Shown one piece after another: positions 9,367 to 20,634 of a stretch of 64,000 bases of DNA. A program made the translations under genes and the position numbers. Each line of letters opens with the position of its first letter. Position 1 is the stretch's first letter. The stretch is from an uncultured Acidobacteriota bacterium (lineage in GTDB: Bacteria; Acidobacteriota; Thermoanaerobaculia; UBA5066; Gp7-AA6), in assembly GCA_963708395.1 (NCBI GenBank), contig CAVPSG010000001.1, positions 62,406 to 126,405 on the forward strand, in the 5' to 3' direction. The notes under the pieces were generated by a model, which worked only from the letters and a program-made list of their open reading frames with translations, had not been told where the DNA came from and did no database searches.

Positions 9367-10896
9367 ATGCTCGCACTCGCGCGGATGGGCGTGCTCCTGG
9401 TGGCTCTCATGGCGTTGGGCGCCGGCGTCTGGCCGGATCCCCGGAGCCAGGACTGGGCCGAGACTCCCGAGGCCTACTTTCTGACAGCGGACGAGCTGAA
9501 GGAGTGGAAGACCATCAAGACTCCCGAGGATCGCCGGGTGTTTCAGGAGCGCTACTGGCTCAAACGTGACCCGACTCCCGGGACGCCCCGCAACGAGTTC
9601 AAGGAAGCGGTCTTCGCCCGCATCAAGGCGGCCGACGAGCGGTTCCAGATGGAGGACACTCCGGGATCGCGCACCGCGCGCGGCATGGTTCTGATCGTTT
9701 TCGGCAGCCCGGCGCGCGTGCGGGACGAGCACGCACCGCCAGCTCCCGGTGGGACGGTCGGCGCGCCGGCCGGCTCGCTCGAGGGCAACGAGACCATCAC
9801 GCACTGGATCTACGACCGGGAGCGCACGCCGAAGGTTCTCGAGGCACTCAACCTTCCGTCGTTCGAAGTCCAGATCATCATCGAGCCCTTCCGGCATTCC
9901 GACGCCATCGAGAGCCCCGGCCTCGTGAAGGAGCTGCGCGAGAAGCTGGCGCGCCAGACGATCGTCAATCCCGACGCCGCCGTTCCTTCCGCCGCGGCCG
10001 CCCCGACCGCCGCCGAAGCCGCCCCTCCGGCGGCCGCCGCTCCCGCCGTTTCTGCCGAGGCGCCGGCGCCGGCTCCCGCGGGGCCTCAGCCCCTTCCGCG
10101 CGACGTCCTCGACTCCGGCCTCCGCGCTTCGCTCGATCAGGCGCCCTTAGTCACGCGGTCGGGCGAAGCCGTCTTCGGAGACGCCGTCCTCTGGCGCGAC
10201 GCCGGCGGCGCACGGACGCTGCTGTGGCTCTCGGTCCCCCCGGCGCCCGCGGGCTCGAAGCGGTCGTTCCAGGGCGTCGTTCGGAAGGAGAACGGCGGAG
10301 ACGATGTCGCGTCGTTCACCGACGCGTCGGGTCCCTCCGATGCGTTTTCGAGCACGGCGCCGCGCGACGTCTTCGTCCGCGCGCTCGATCTGCCCCCGGG
10401 AACCTACGACGCGTCCGTCGCGGTGACGGAGGCCGGCGGCAAGCCGATCGCTTCCGCCGGCGCGAAGATCTCTGTGCCGGACCTCTCGTCGGGATTCGCC
10501 GTCTCGCCGCTTCTCCTCACCCACGCGGCGGCCGCGCTCGCGTCGCAGAACGAGGGGTCGCCGTTCGCGATCGGGCAGGGAGTGCTGCCGCCTCGGGCCG
10601 ACGCGATCTTCGCAACGTCCGAGAGCCTCTGGTTCTACGTCGAGACGGCCAATCCACCCGACCCCGCGAAGGTGACGCTCGAACTGCGCCTGCGCCAGGG
10701 CAACGCGGCGGTCCGGACCCAGGCGCCGTTCCCCGCGCAGTTCACCTCCGTGGGACCGAATCGCTACATCGCGGGGTTCGAGATCTCGCTCGCGAAGATC
10801 GCGCCGGGCGATTACCGGCTCTACGTCCTGGTCCGCGACGGCGTCGCGCCGCCGGACCAGTACGTCCTGCGCTCGGCGGACTTTCGCGTCCGCTGA
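9367..10896 (+). CDS. Secreted GWxTD-domain protein with degenerate motif
   Basis: FQERYWLKRDPTPGTPRNEFK..RIKAADERF..GSRTARGMVLIVFGSP; paralogous to 4452..6197 (shared DWAxTPEAxFLT). Confidence 0.85.
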   Translation: MLALARMGVLLVALMALGAGVWPDPRSQDWAETPEAYFLTADELKEWKTIKTPEDRRVFQERYWLKRDPTPGTPRNEFKEAVFARIKAADERFQMEDTPGSRTARGMVLIVFGSPARVRDEHAPPAPGGTVGAPAGSLEGNETITHWIYDRERTPKVLEALNLPSFEVQIIIEPFRHSDAIESPGLVKELREKLARQTIVNPDAAVPSAAAAPTAAEAAPPAAAAPAVSAEAPAPAPAGPQPLPRDVLDSGLRASLDQAPLVTRSGEAVFGDAVLWRDAGGARTLLWLSVPPAPAGSKRSFQGVVRKENGGDDVASFTDASGPSDAFSSTAPRDVFVRALDLPPGTYDASVAVTEAGGKPIASAGAKISVPDLSSGFAVSPLLLTHAAAALASQNEGSPFAIGQGVLPPRADAIFATSESLWFYVETANPPDPAKVTLELRLRQGNAAVRTQAPFPAQFTSVGPNRYIAGFEISLAKIAPGDYRLYVLVRDGVAPPDQYVLRSADFRVR

Positions 10897-10927
10897 AGGG
10901 CGGCGCCTTGCGGCGGAGTCCCGCTCT

Positions 10928-12577
10928 CTACTCGATGTGGACGTCGGCGCGCGCGGTGCCCATCTTGCCCGTCGCTTTGTCGCGCACGTTCACCACGATG
11001 CGCGAGTTGCCCTTCCGCATCTGCAGCGTGATCGGGTACGCGAGCGCGGCCTCCTGGACGGCGCCGTTGGCGGGCTGCCGGAACGCGGCCTCTTCCTTGC
11101 CGATGTCGCTCGTGCGGCCGGTCTCGTCCACGACGCCGACGTAGATCTCGGCGTCGGCCTTGGACGAGTCTCCCTCGGGCAGGAAGGTCAGCGCCGCCGC
11201 CGGGATCAGCACCGTGATCGGCTGGTCGTACTGCTTCTTCGCCTTCGTGGCCGGGCCGACCTGGAGCTTCACCGGGAAGGCGCTGTAGGAGACGCTCGTC
11301 TTGAGCGCCGCCCGCGCGATGTCGCGCGCCCGGTCGTCGTGGGTGCGTGCCGCGTAGCCGCGCCGGTAGCGGACGGCCGTGCCCGGACGTGAGACCGTGA
11401 CCTCGATTTTCTGGTATCCGGTCGCGGGCAGGCTCGAGAGGTTCACGCCGATCGAGTAGTAGCTCGAAACGTCCGCGTACACCCGGGAGAACCCCTTCGT
11501 GAAGTCGTTCGAGTTGATGAGGGCGAGGCCGCCGGTCTCGCTCGCGAGCTCGAGCATTCCCGACTGCGCGTCCTGCCGGGCGATGAACGAGACGTTCGAG
11601 CGCATGGCCAGCGGGTCGTCGTTCGAGGCCGAGGCGCCTCCGGCGGTCAGGCCCTGGGCGTCCACGGTGTAGAACGTGACCTCGTCGGCGTTGGCCTGGC
11701 GCGCGAGGTCCGCGATCTGCTGGCCGATCTGGCGCGTGTCGAGCGAGGCGAAGGCCGCGGAGCCAAAGTTGCCCGCGGCGTACGTGTACATGGCGTAGCC
11801 CGGCATGGTGGAGAGGCCGCCCGAAACGTACAGGAATGCCTTCTTGCCCGGCAGCGGCGTCAGCGTCGAAAGCTGCACGCGCATGTCCTTGACCATGTTG
11901 TCGAGCTCGACCGCCGTCTCGTCGATGTAGGTGCGCGCGGCCCACTGGCGGCTGGAGCGCGAGCGCGTGGAGTCGATCGTCCGGAGCGTCATCATCTCGT
12001 TCTGGAGCCGCGACATCCCGACGCCCTTCTCCATCGAGTCCACCGCCGCCATCAGCGTCTCCTTGCTCGTCGTCCAGTCGGTCAGCTCCTTCGGCCGCCG
12101 GTCGAAGAGGACGATGCGTGCGGTGTCCGAGGGCCCGAGACGGGTGACGAAGTCCCGGAGTTGGTTGAGCGCGCGATTGCGCGTGAGCGGCGAGAGGTCT
12201 CCCGAGTCGACGTAGATCAGGAAGTGCCGCGGCACGAAGGCCTCGCCGCCCTTGCGGTAGACGTCGAGCACGCGATCGGGCGAGGCCGTCGAGAGGTCGG
12301 GCGCGTGGATCGTTCCGTCGTCCACGCGGGCGAAGTAGTCGATCGGCACGGGCTTGCCGTCCACGCGAACCGCGAAGTCCGGCCGTGTGAGATCGGAGAT
12401 CGACTGGCCCTTCGAATCCGTGACCACCACGTCGAGATCCATCACGCGGACTTCGACCGATTCCGTGAACGCCGGAAGCGGCGGCTGCTGTTGGGCCGGC
12501 GGAGGTTGCGGGGGTTGCTGCTGAGCCAGAGCCGCGGAGGCGGCCGCCAGAAGAACCGTAAGAATCGTCCGTTTCAT
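10928..12577 (-). CDS. VWFA-related acidobacterial domain protein
   Basis: Signal peptide; FTESVEVRVMDLDVVVTDSKG..DLTRPDF; PGKKAFLYVSGG; LASETGG; YYSIG; VRYRRGY. Confidence 0.88.
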   Translation of the reverse strand: MKRTILTVLLAAASAALAQQQPPQPPPAQQQPPLPAFTESVEVRVMDLDVVVTDSKGQSISDLTRPDFAVRVDGKPVPIDYFARVDDGTIHAPDLSTASPDRVLDVYRKGGEAFVPRHFLIYVDSGDLSPLTRNRALNQLRDFVTRLGPSDTARIVLFDRRPKELTDWTTSKETLMAAVDSMEKGVGMSRLQNEMMTLRTIDSTRSRSSRQWAARTYIDETAVELDNMVKDMRVQLSTLTPLPGKKAFLYVSGGLSTMPGYAMYTYAAGNFGSAAFASLDTRQIGQQIADLARQANADEVTFYTVDAQGLTAGGASASNDDPLAMRSNVSFIARQDAQSGMLELASETGGLALINSNDFTKGFSRVYADVSSYYSIGVNLSSLPATGYQKIEVTVSRPGTAVRYRRGYAARTHDDRARDIARAALKTSVSYSAFPVKLQVGPATKAKKQYDQPITVLIPAAALTFLPEGDSSKADAEIYVGVVDETGRTSDIGKEEAAFRQPANGAVQEAALAYPITLQMRKGNSRIVVNVRDKATGKMGTARADVHIE

Positions 12578-12659
12578 GGCTTTCACCATCCCGACTCTAT
12601 CCAACGTCGGCATGGCGCGGCCGATTCCGAAAGAGTCCTCCTTTTAGGACATCTTCACG

Positions 12660-12750
12660 GTGGGGGTCGCTTCTCGCGAGCGGCCGCAAGGGCCGCCCCT
12701 ACGCCGCACCATCAAACGCAATTCGTTGGGGCGGGGCTTGCCCCCGCCCG
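12660..12750. repeat. Cluster of GTAG-family REP-like palindromes
   Basis: Minus strand GTAGGGGCGGCCCTTGCGGCCGC (12680-12702); plus strand GTTGGGGCGGGGCTTGCCCCCGCCC and GTGGGGGTCGCT..AGCGGCC. Confidence 0.65.
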
Positions 12751-12757
12751 CGCTGCT

Positions 12758-14170
12758 CTACGTCGACTTCACTTCGACCGCCTCGAGCCCGAGGAAGTCG
12801 AAGACGACGTTCACTTCGTGCGCGATCTCGTCGGACCACATCGGCTCGACCGATTCGTGGGTCACGGCGCCGATGGCGCAGGACGGGACGGCGGCGCGCG
12901 CGGTCCGGACGAGCGCCGCGGCGGCCGAAGGCTCGGCGCCGTCGTCCGAGATGACCGACTCGAAGTCCTGCGGGAGCCCCCAGCTCTCCGCCAGCGCCGC
13001 GCCGAGCGCGGGTCGATACGACTCGAGGGCCGTGGCCCGGAAGGGACCCGACGGGAACTCGATCTGCCGGAGGAGCTCCAGCATCTCCGCGTACGCGACC
13101 GTATGGAGGAGCCCCAGCGTGTACCCGCGCTCGCGGGTGATCGAGTACCGCTCGGCATACCGCCCGGCGGCCACTGCGGCCGCGACCGCGGCGCGCCGCA
13201 GCACCGCGCCCGGCTTGTCCCCCTCGGGCAGGCGGGCGAAATCGGGGCCCGACAGCCGATCGATCAGGACCGTAACCGCCCGCGCGCCCACGCGCTGGAT
13301 GGCGTCGGGCGCCGTTCCGACGGAATTGTCCCGGTCGATCGACAGGGCATTGGCGAGGATGAGCAGATCGAGCGTCAGATAGGGATCGAGCGCCGCGACG
13401 GGGATGACGGCCGAGACGTCGATCGGCGACTTGCGGAGGATCTGCTGGAGGAGCTGTGCCGTGTCCTCGTGGATCGGGTGCATGACGACGTGGCGTGCCA
13501 CGCGCTCGCGCAGGCGCCGCGTGAACTCGAGGAACTGCCGGTGCGAGGCCCGCGCGTCTTCGGGCGCCAGGGGCGTTCCGAGCCGCTCGAGGACGTCCCA
13601 GAAACGCTCATCCGCCTCGGAGGCCTCGAAGGGGAGCGTCGGCGCCTCGGGGGCCGCGGCGCCCGCGCCCCGGCGGCGTCGGCGCGTGTTGTCGTCGAGC
13701 GCCTTGACGCCTTCGAACGCAAGCGCTTGTCCGCGGAGCGATAGCCCGATGCGGAGGATGGGCTGCACGCGAAACTCGGGGTCGTACTCGAACCGCGCTT
13801 CCTTCCACTCGAAGGTCTCGAACAGGAGCTTTCGGGCGAGCTCCTCGACCCGCAGCGACAGGCCGTCGAGCGTGTCGAAGCCCGCGTCGAGGATCAGGCG
13901 CGTCAGGTTCTCCTGGCTCGTGAAGTTCCGGGCGAGCAGCTCGTAGAGGGTGGCGGCCGGCAGGGCGCCGCTGCGCAGGAGGTGGACGCCCAGCCGATGC
14001 CGCGGCTGCGAGCCCGACACGTAGACGATCTGGCCCTCGCGCCAGTCGAGCACGCGGCGGTCGCGCCCGTGCTCGAGCGTCAACCGCCCCGTTCGGCGAT
14101 TGAGCTCCATCCATTGCAGGAGGTCGGCAAAGCCGAAGACCTCCAGCCGGCCTGTCAGTCTCGACGTCAA
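12758..14170 (-). CDS. DUF4388 plus HDOD-like signalling protein
   Basis: LTGRLEVFGFADLLQWM..RTGRL (DUF4388); DPYLTLDLLILANA..AIQRVG..GYTLGLLHTV..LAESWGLP (HDOD). Confidence 0.8.
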   Translation of the reverse strand: MTSRLTGRLEVFGFADLLQWMELNRRTGRLTLEHGRDRRVLDWREGQIVYVSGSQPRHRLGVHLLRSGALPAATLYELLARNFTSQENLTRLILDAGFDTLDGLSLRVEELARKLLFETFEWKEARFEYDPEFRVQPILRIGLSLRGQALAFEGVKALDDNTRRRRRGAGAAAPEAPTLPFEASEADERFWDVLERLGTPLAPEDARASHRQFLEFTRRLRERVARHVVMHPIHEDTAQLLQQILRKSPIDVSAVIPVAALDPYLTLDLLILANALSIDRDNSVGTAPDAIQRVGARAVTVLIDRLSGPDFARLPEGDKPGAVLRRAAVAAAVAAGRYAERYSITRERGYTLGLLHTVAYAEMLELLRQIEFPSGPFRATALESYRPALGAALAESWGLPQDFESVISDDGAEPSAAAALVRTARAAVPSCAIGAVTHESVEPMWSDEIAHEVNVVFDFLGLEAVEVKST

Positions 14171-14254
14171 TTTCGCGCCCTTGAAGCCTCTATTTTAGCC
14201 CCGGACGGGTGGCACTTCCGGGCGGAGACGGCCGCCTGTGCCAGAATCGTCGCC

Positions 14255-15855
<1,601 letters not shown>

Positions 15856-16158
15856 CGGGGGCTTAAGTGCGATCCCGCGAAGCGGTTGCCCGTGTGGAAA
15901 TCGACTTCCGGGCATCGAGTTCCGTTATCTCTTTCCGAGCGAAACTCCGGCGCAAGAGTCTAAATCACTCATGGGAAAGGCTGTTGTCCGTTCGCACAGG
16001 ACTCGGTGCAATTCGGTCGAGGACCGCTCGGTTTCGGCTTTTTTTGACCGCTTTCCACAGGCATTTCGACAGGGTTTTCCGCGACGTCTTCGGAAAACTC
16101 CCGGAGCGGCGAAATCGCACGGGTTCGGGGCATTTCGCGGCCCGATTCCGGCCGGGCC

Positions 16159-16725
16159 TCAGCCCTGCGGCGGAGGCTCGAAGCAGCGCCGGCAGCGCGC
16201 CTCGTAGACGCCCTGAGCGCCGACGACGACGCGTTCGCCGCTCGAAACCAGGCGCTGGGTGTTGTTGGCCGGGGCGCCGCATCGCATGCAGATCGCGAGC
16301 GTCTTCGTGACGTCCTCGGCGATCGCCATCAATGCCGGCACCGGCTCGAACGGCGCGCCGCGAAAGTCCTTGTCGAGCCCGGCCACGATGACGCGCTTGC
16401 CCTGATCCGCCATCCGCTGGCAGGCCTCGACGAGCCCCGGGTCGAAGAACTGCGCCTCGTCGATGCCGACGACCTCGGAGCGGTGGTCGAGCCGCGCGAG
16501 CAGCTCGGCGCTCGAGGGGACGGCGATCGACGGCAGCCGCATCTCGCTGTGCGAGACGATCTCCTCCACGCCGAATCGCGAGTCGATCGCCGGCTTGAAG
16601 ACCTGCACGCGCTGCTTCGCGATGAGAGCGCGGCGCAGTCTCCGGATGAGCTCCTCGCTCTTGCCGGAGAACATGCTCCCGCAGATCACCTCGATCCATC
16701 CGAGCTGCGTCTTGACGAGCGCCAT
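16159..16725 (-). CDS. tdk: Thymidine kinase
   Basis: [35 protein letters not shown]...YEARCRRC zinc motif. Confidence 0.96.
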   Translation of the reverse strand: MALVKTQLGWIEVICGSMFSGKSEELIRRLRRALIAKQRVQVFKPAIDSRFGVEEIVSHSEMRLPSIAVPSSAELLARLDHRSEVVGIDEAQFFDPGLVEACQRMADQGKRVIVAGLDKDFRGAPFEPVPALMAIAEDVTKTLAICMRCGAPANNTQRLVSSGERVVVGAQGVYEARCRRCFEPPPQG

Positions 16726-16757
16726 ACAGGGGGGCGGATATTACACGAGGGAGGGCT

Positions 16758-16844
16758 GAGACGACGGACTCGGGACAACGGACCAGGGACTCATTCGGCC
16801 GGGTCTTTAGTCCTTAGTCCCTCGTCCCTTGTCTTTAGTCGCGG
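16758..16844. repeat. Inverted heptamer tandem-repeat hairpin
   Basis: cggactc gggacaa cggacca gggactc versus gtcttta gtcctta gtccctc gtccctt gtcttta. Confidence 0.8.
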
Positions 16845-17286
16845 CTAGGGATCGGCACAAGCCTTCAAAGTCTTCGAAGACCTCCTCGGCACAGGCCATC
16901 ACCCATCCCGACGCGTCTTCCCGCGGCATGCCGAGGACCAGATAGACCGGGCGGCCCCGTCGGAAGGCGAGCGTGATCTCGGCCGCGGTCCCGCCACCCC
17001 GCGCGGCCGCGCCGTCCCAGAAGGCGACCACCGCGTCGGTCTCCTTCTCGATGCGCTCGAGGTCCCAGGCGACGATCTTGCGGACCGCCGCCCGAAACCG
17101 CTCGGGGTCGGTCGTCTTCCAGCCCCGGAACTCGCGAAGCTCCTCGTCGGTCAGGTTCTTGCGCTCGTCGGCCGCCGGGTCGTACACCTCGTGGCCGAGC
17201 GCCTTCAGCCGGAGGGCGAGCCCGCGGCGCCAGTCCTTTCCGCCGTCGGGGCTGTGCTCGATGGCGCCGGAGAGATAGATCTTCAA
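16807..17286 (-). CDS. Nucleoside 2-deoxyribosyltransferase / nucleotide N-glycosidase-like protein
   Basis: KIYLSG..W..YDP..WDLERIE..DAVVA..GTAAE..GRPVY. Confidence 0.72.
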   Translation of the reverse strand: MKIYLSGAIEHSPDGGKDWRRGLALRLKALGHEVYDPAADERKNLTDEELREFRGWKTTDPERFRAAVRKIVAWDLERIEKETDAVVAFWDGAAARGGGTAAEITLAFRRGRPVYLVLGMPREDASGWVMACAEEVFEDFEGLCRSLAATKDKGRGTKD

Positions 17287-17314
17287 CCGAACAACCGCAA
17301 ACCCGATCAGCGGC

Positions 17315-18025
17315 TCAACCGACGCCGACCCGCGGGCAGAGCGGGAGCACCGGGCAGATCTCGCAGGCCGGCTTGCGCGCCTGGCAGACGCGGCGGCCGT
17401 GGAAGATCAGCCGGTGCGCCGCCAGCGTTCGCTTTCCCTTCGGCACGAGGGCGTTGAGGTCGTTCTCGACCTTGACCGGGTCGGTCTCCTTCGTGAGCCC
17501 CATCCGCCGGGAGAGGCGGCCGACGTGGGTGTCGACCACGAAGCCCTCGTCCTTGCCGAAGGCGTTGCCGAGGATGACGTTGGCGGTCTTGCGTCCCACG
17601 CCGGGCAGCGCGAGGAGCTCCTCCATCGTGTCCGGGACCTGTCCGCCGTGCTCCGCCGCGATCGCGGCGCCCGCGCGGCGGAGGCTCCGCGCCTTCGCGT
17701 TGAAGAAGCCCGTCTGCCGGATGTCGTCGCTCGAGCTCGCCCGGCTTCGCGCGCGCGTAGTCCGCCGCGGTGCGGTACTTCTGGAAGAGGGCCGGCGTGA
17801 CCATGGTTGACGCGCGCGTCCGTGCACTGGGCCGAGAGGATCGTCGCGACGAGGAGCTCCAGCGGGCTCCGGAAATCGAGCGCGGTGTGGGCGTCCGGGT
17901 AGGCGCGCGCGAGCCGCCGCAGGATCTTCGCCGCGCGCTTCTTCTTCTCCTCGAACGTCTCGCGAGGCGGCGCGGCGCGGGCCGCGCGCGGGCAGGATCG
18001 GCTTTGCTTTTGGGGAGGCCTTCAC
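17315..18025 (-). CDS. nth: Endonuclease III (indels)
   Basis: [45 protein letters not shown] [4Fe-4S] motif. Confidence 0.93.
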   Translation of the reverse strand: MKASPKAKPILPARGPRRAASRDVRGEEEARGEDPAAARARLPGRPHRARFPEPAGAPRRDDPLGPVHGRARQPWSRRPSSRSTAPRRTTRARSRASSSDDIRQTGFFNAKARSLRRAGAAIAAEHGGQVPDTMEELLALPGVGRKTANVILGNAFGKDEGFVVDTHVGRLSRRMGLTKETDPVKVENDLNALVPKGKRTLAAHRLIFHGRRVCQARKPACEICPVLPLCPRVGVG

Positions 18026-18055
18026 GCGGCGGCATTGTATAGAGTCGGTGCCTTC

Positions 18056-19721
18056 ATGAATCGCCGCATCTCTCGCGCGTCGTTCATGGTTCTCTCGGCG
18101 CCCTCGGCTTTCTCGTCGCCGCGGGCCCGGCGTTCGGCGCGCCGCCGACGGTCACGCTGACGATCCTCCACACCTCGGACCTGCACGGCCGCGTTCACCC
18201 GCAGGACGCGCTCGCGGACAAGGACTTCGGCGAGGGTCTGGCCCGGGTCGCGGCCGCCGCACGGAAGATTCGGGCGGAAGGGCGCCCGACGCTGCTCCTC
18301 GACTCGGGCGACACGATCGAGGGCTCTCCCGAGCAGGCGATCGCGTTTGCGCCGGAGAGCCACCGGACCCGATCCCATCATCGCCGCGATGAACCGCGTC
18401 GGTTACGACGCGATGGCCGTCGGCAACCACGAGTTCGACTTCGGCCGGGAGCGGCTCGAGCGCTCGCGCCGCGAGGCCCGGTTTCCGTTCCTGTCGGGGA
18501 ATATCGAAGAGGGCGGCCGGCCGGCCTTCGAACCGTACAAGGTCGCGACCGTCGGCGGCGTGCGCGTCGGCATCCTGGGCCTCACGACGCCGAACGTCGC
18601 CTCCTGGGAAACGCCGGCGCGCCTCGGCGGATTGCGGTTCACGGATTCGGTCGAGGCGGCCGCGAAGCTCGTGCCGGCGCTCCGCGAGCGCGAGCGCTGC
18701 GACCTCGTCGTCGTCATCGTCCACGAGGGCTTCGAGCGCGACCTGGAGACGGGCGCCGACCGCGGCTCCGGGGAGGAGAACCAGGCGTACGCGCTCGCGA
18801 CGACGGTCCCGGGAATCGACCTCTTGCTGACGGGCCACACGCACACCATCATCGATCCGCGAAAGCTCGGCGGCGCTTGGGTGTCGCAGCCCGGGCGCTT
18901 CGGAAACACGCTGACGCGATTCGACGTGACGCTCGCGCGGGCGAGCGGGCGATGGACGGTGACGGAGATCCGCGGGCAGAACCTGCCGATGAAGTTGGTC
19001 GCGGCGGACCCCGAAATCCTGGCCCTCGCCGCGCCGTCGCACGAGGCCGCGATGGCGGCGCTCGCGCAAGTCCGTGGCGCGCCTCGCGGCGCCGCTCTCG
19101 GCCCGATTCGCGCGGACCGAGGACACGGCGCTCCTCGACTGGCTGCACGCGCTGCAGCGGGAGAGAGGCAAGGCGGACCTCTCGTTCGCGTCGCTCCTGC
19201 CCGGAATGCTCCCGAACTGGCCGGCAGGAGATCTGACGGTCCGGCAGATCTGGTCGTTCTATCCGTACGAGAACACGCTCGTGACCATCCGCGCGACGGG
19301 GCGCCAGGTCCGTCAGGCCCTCGAGCGGGCGGCCCTCTGTTTCTCGGGGCTCGAGCCCGTCCGCGACGGCGTCGCCTGGCGCCGCAATCCGGCGGTCTGG
19401 GGTTACAACTGCGATTCGATGGACGGCGCGGAGTACGCCCTCGATCCGACGCGGCCGGAAGGGGAACGGCTGCTCTTCCTGCGGCGCAACGGGCGCGACG
19501 TCGCCGACGACGACACGTTTCTCGTCGCGCTCAATTCCTATCGGGCCTCCGGCGGCGGTGGATACGCGGTCTGGAGATCCTGCCCGCGCGTTTCCGAGTC
19601 GCGCGAGAGCCTGCGGGATCTCTTGATCGAGGACGCGCGGCGAAAGGGCGAGCTCGCGCCGAAGGCGGACGAGAACTGGTTCCTCGCGCCGTCGCTGCCG
19701 GAGGGGCCGATCCGGCCGTAG
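18056..19721 (+). CDS. Secreted bifunctional metallophosphoesterase / 5'-nucleotidase (indels)
   Basis: ILHTSDLHG, LLDSGDTIEG, YDAMAVGNHEFDFG, LLTGHTH, YPYENTL, NSYRASGGGGY across frames. Confidence 0.88.
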
Positions 19722-19729
19722 GAAACCGC

Positions 19730-20534
19730 CTAGGCGCTGCGGCGCTCGAACGAGACGACGTTGGCGGTGGCGCGCGTCACCTCTTCCAGGGCGAGGCGTC
19801 GCGCGCCGGCGACGGCGCCTTCGAGCGCGGCGAGCAGCCGGTCGATCTCGGAGGCGAGCACCACCGAGCCGCGGACTTCCGCGTCCTTGCGCTCGCCCTT
19901 GAGACGCCGTTCGAAGCGGCGCGCGGCGTGCCAGCGCTCGAGCGCGAGCTCCGCCGCCTGGTCCGCCTCCGCCGCTTCCGGCGGGACTCCGGACGCGGCC
20001 CGCGCGAGCGCGAGCTCCCGTGAACGCCGGCAGAGCTTTCGATAGCGGCCGAGATCGCGGTCGCCTTTTGCGCCGCGGGTCGGCCAGAGTCTCTCGACGT
20101 CGCGCCGCGCGGCCCCGTCGAGACGGGAATCGAGGGCGCGATTCCTCCTTCTCGCCCGGCGCGACACGCGCGTGGCGCAGGGCGCGCGTCGCGCGGCGGC
20201 CCGCGTCGCGCCGGAGGCTCTCGCGGCGTTCGCGCGCGCCTTCTTCCCAGCGCGCCTCGAGCCCCGCGGCCGTTTCCGGCGAGATCAGCCCGAGACGCGC
20301 GACGCGCGCGAGCATCGCGCGGTCGGAATCGAAGGCGAGAACGTGCGAGACGCCGCGCGCGAGGCCCCGGGCGCGACGCGCGAGCCGCCGATCGCCGACC
20401 GCGCGCGCCGCGGCGCCGATGCGCGCGAGCACCGCGCCCAGCTCCTCCGGCGCACCCGGCTGATCCTCCCGGGTCGCGCGGGTCGCCTGCCGGAGGCGTC
20501 GCTTCTCGGTTTCCCAGAAGGCGTTGCGGGGCAC
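19730..20534 (-). CDS. Degenerate CHAD-like helical protein (indels)
   Basis: Arg/Ala-rich all-helical sequence with CHAD-like periodicity; TATAAT 8 nt before the GTG; divergent from ppx. Confidence 0.5.
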
Positions 20535-20570
20535 GGGGCGCTATTATAAGAACATCGGAAACGCAATCGC

Positions 20571-20603
20571 CTTCAAGCGGAATTCACGTCGCCTTCAGGG
20601 CGG
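20571..20603 (+). promoter_or_regulatory. Pho-box-like array upstream of ppx-phoU
   Basis: Three 11-bp units CTTCAAGCGGA / ATTCACGTCGC / CTTCAGGGCGG; CAGAAT -10 at 20620. Confidence 0.7.
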
Positions 20604-20634
20604 TCCCTCGTCCCGGTCTCAGAATCCCCCGGTG

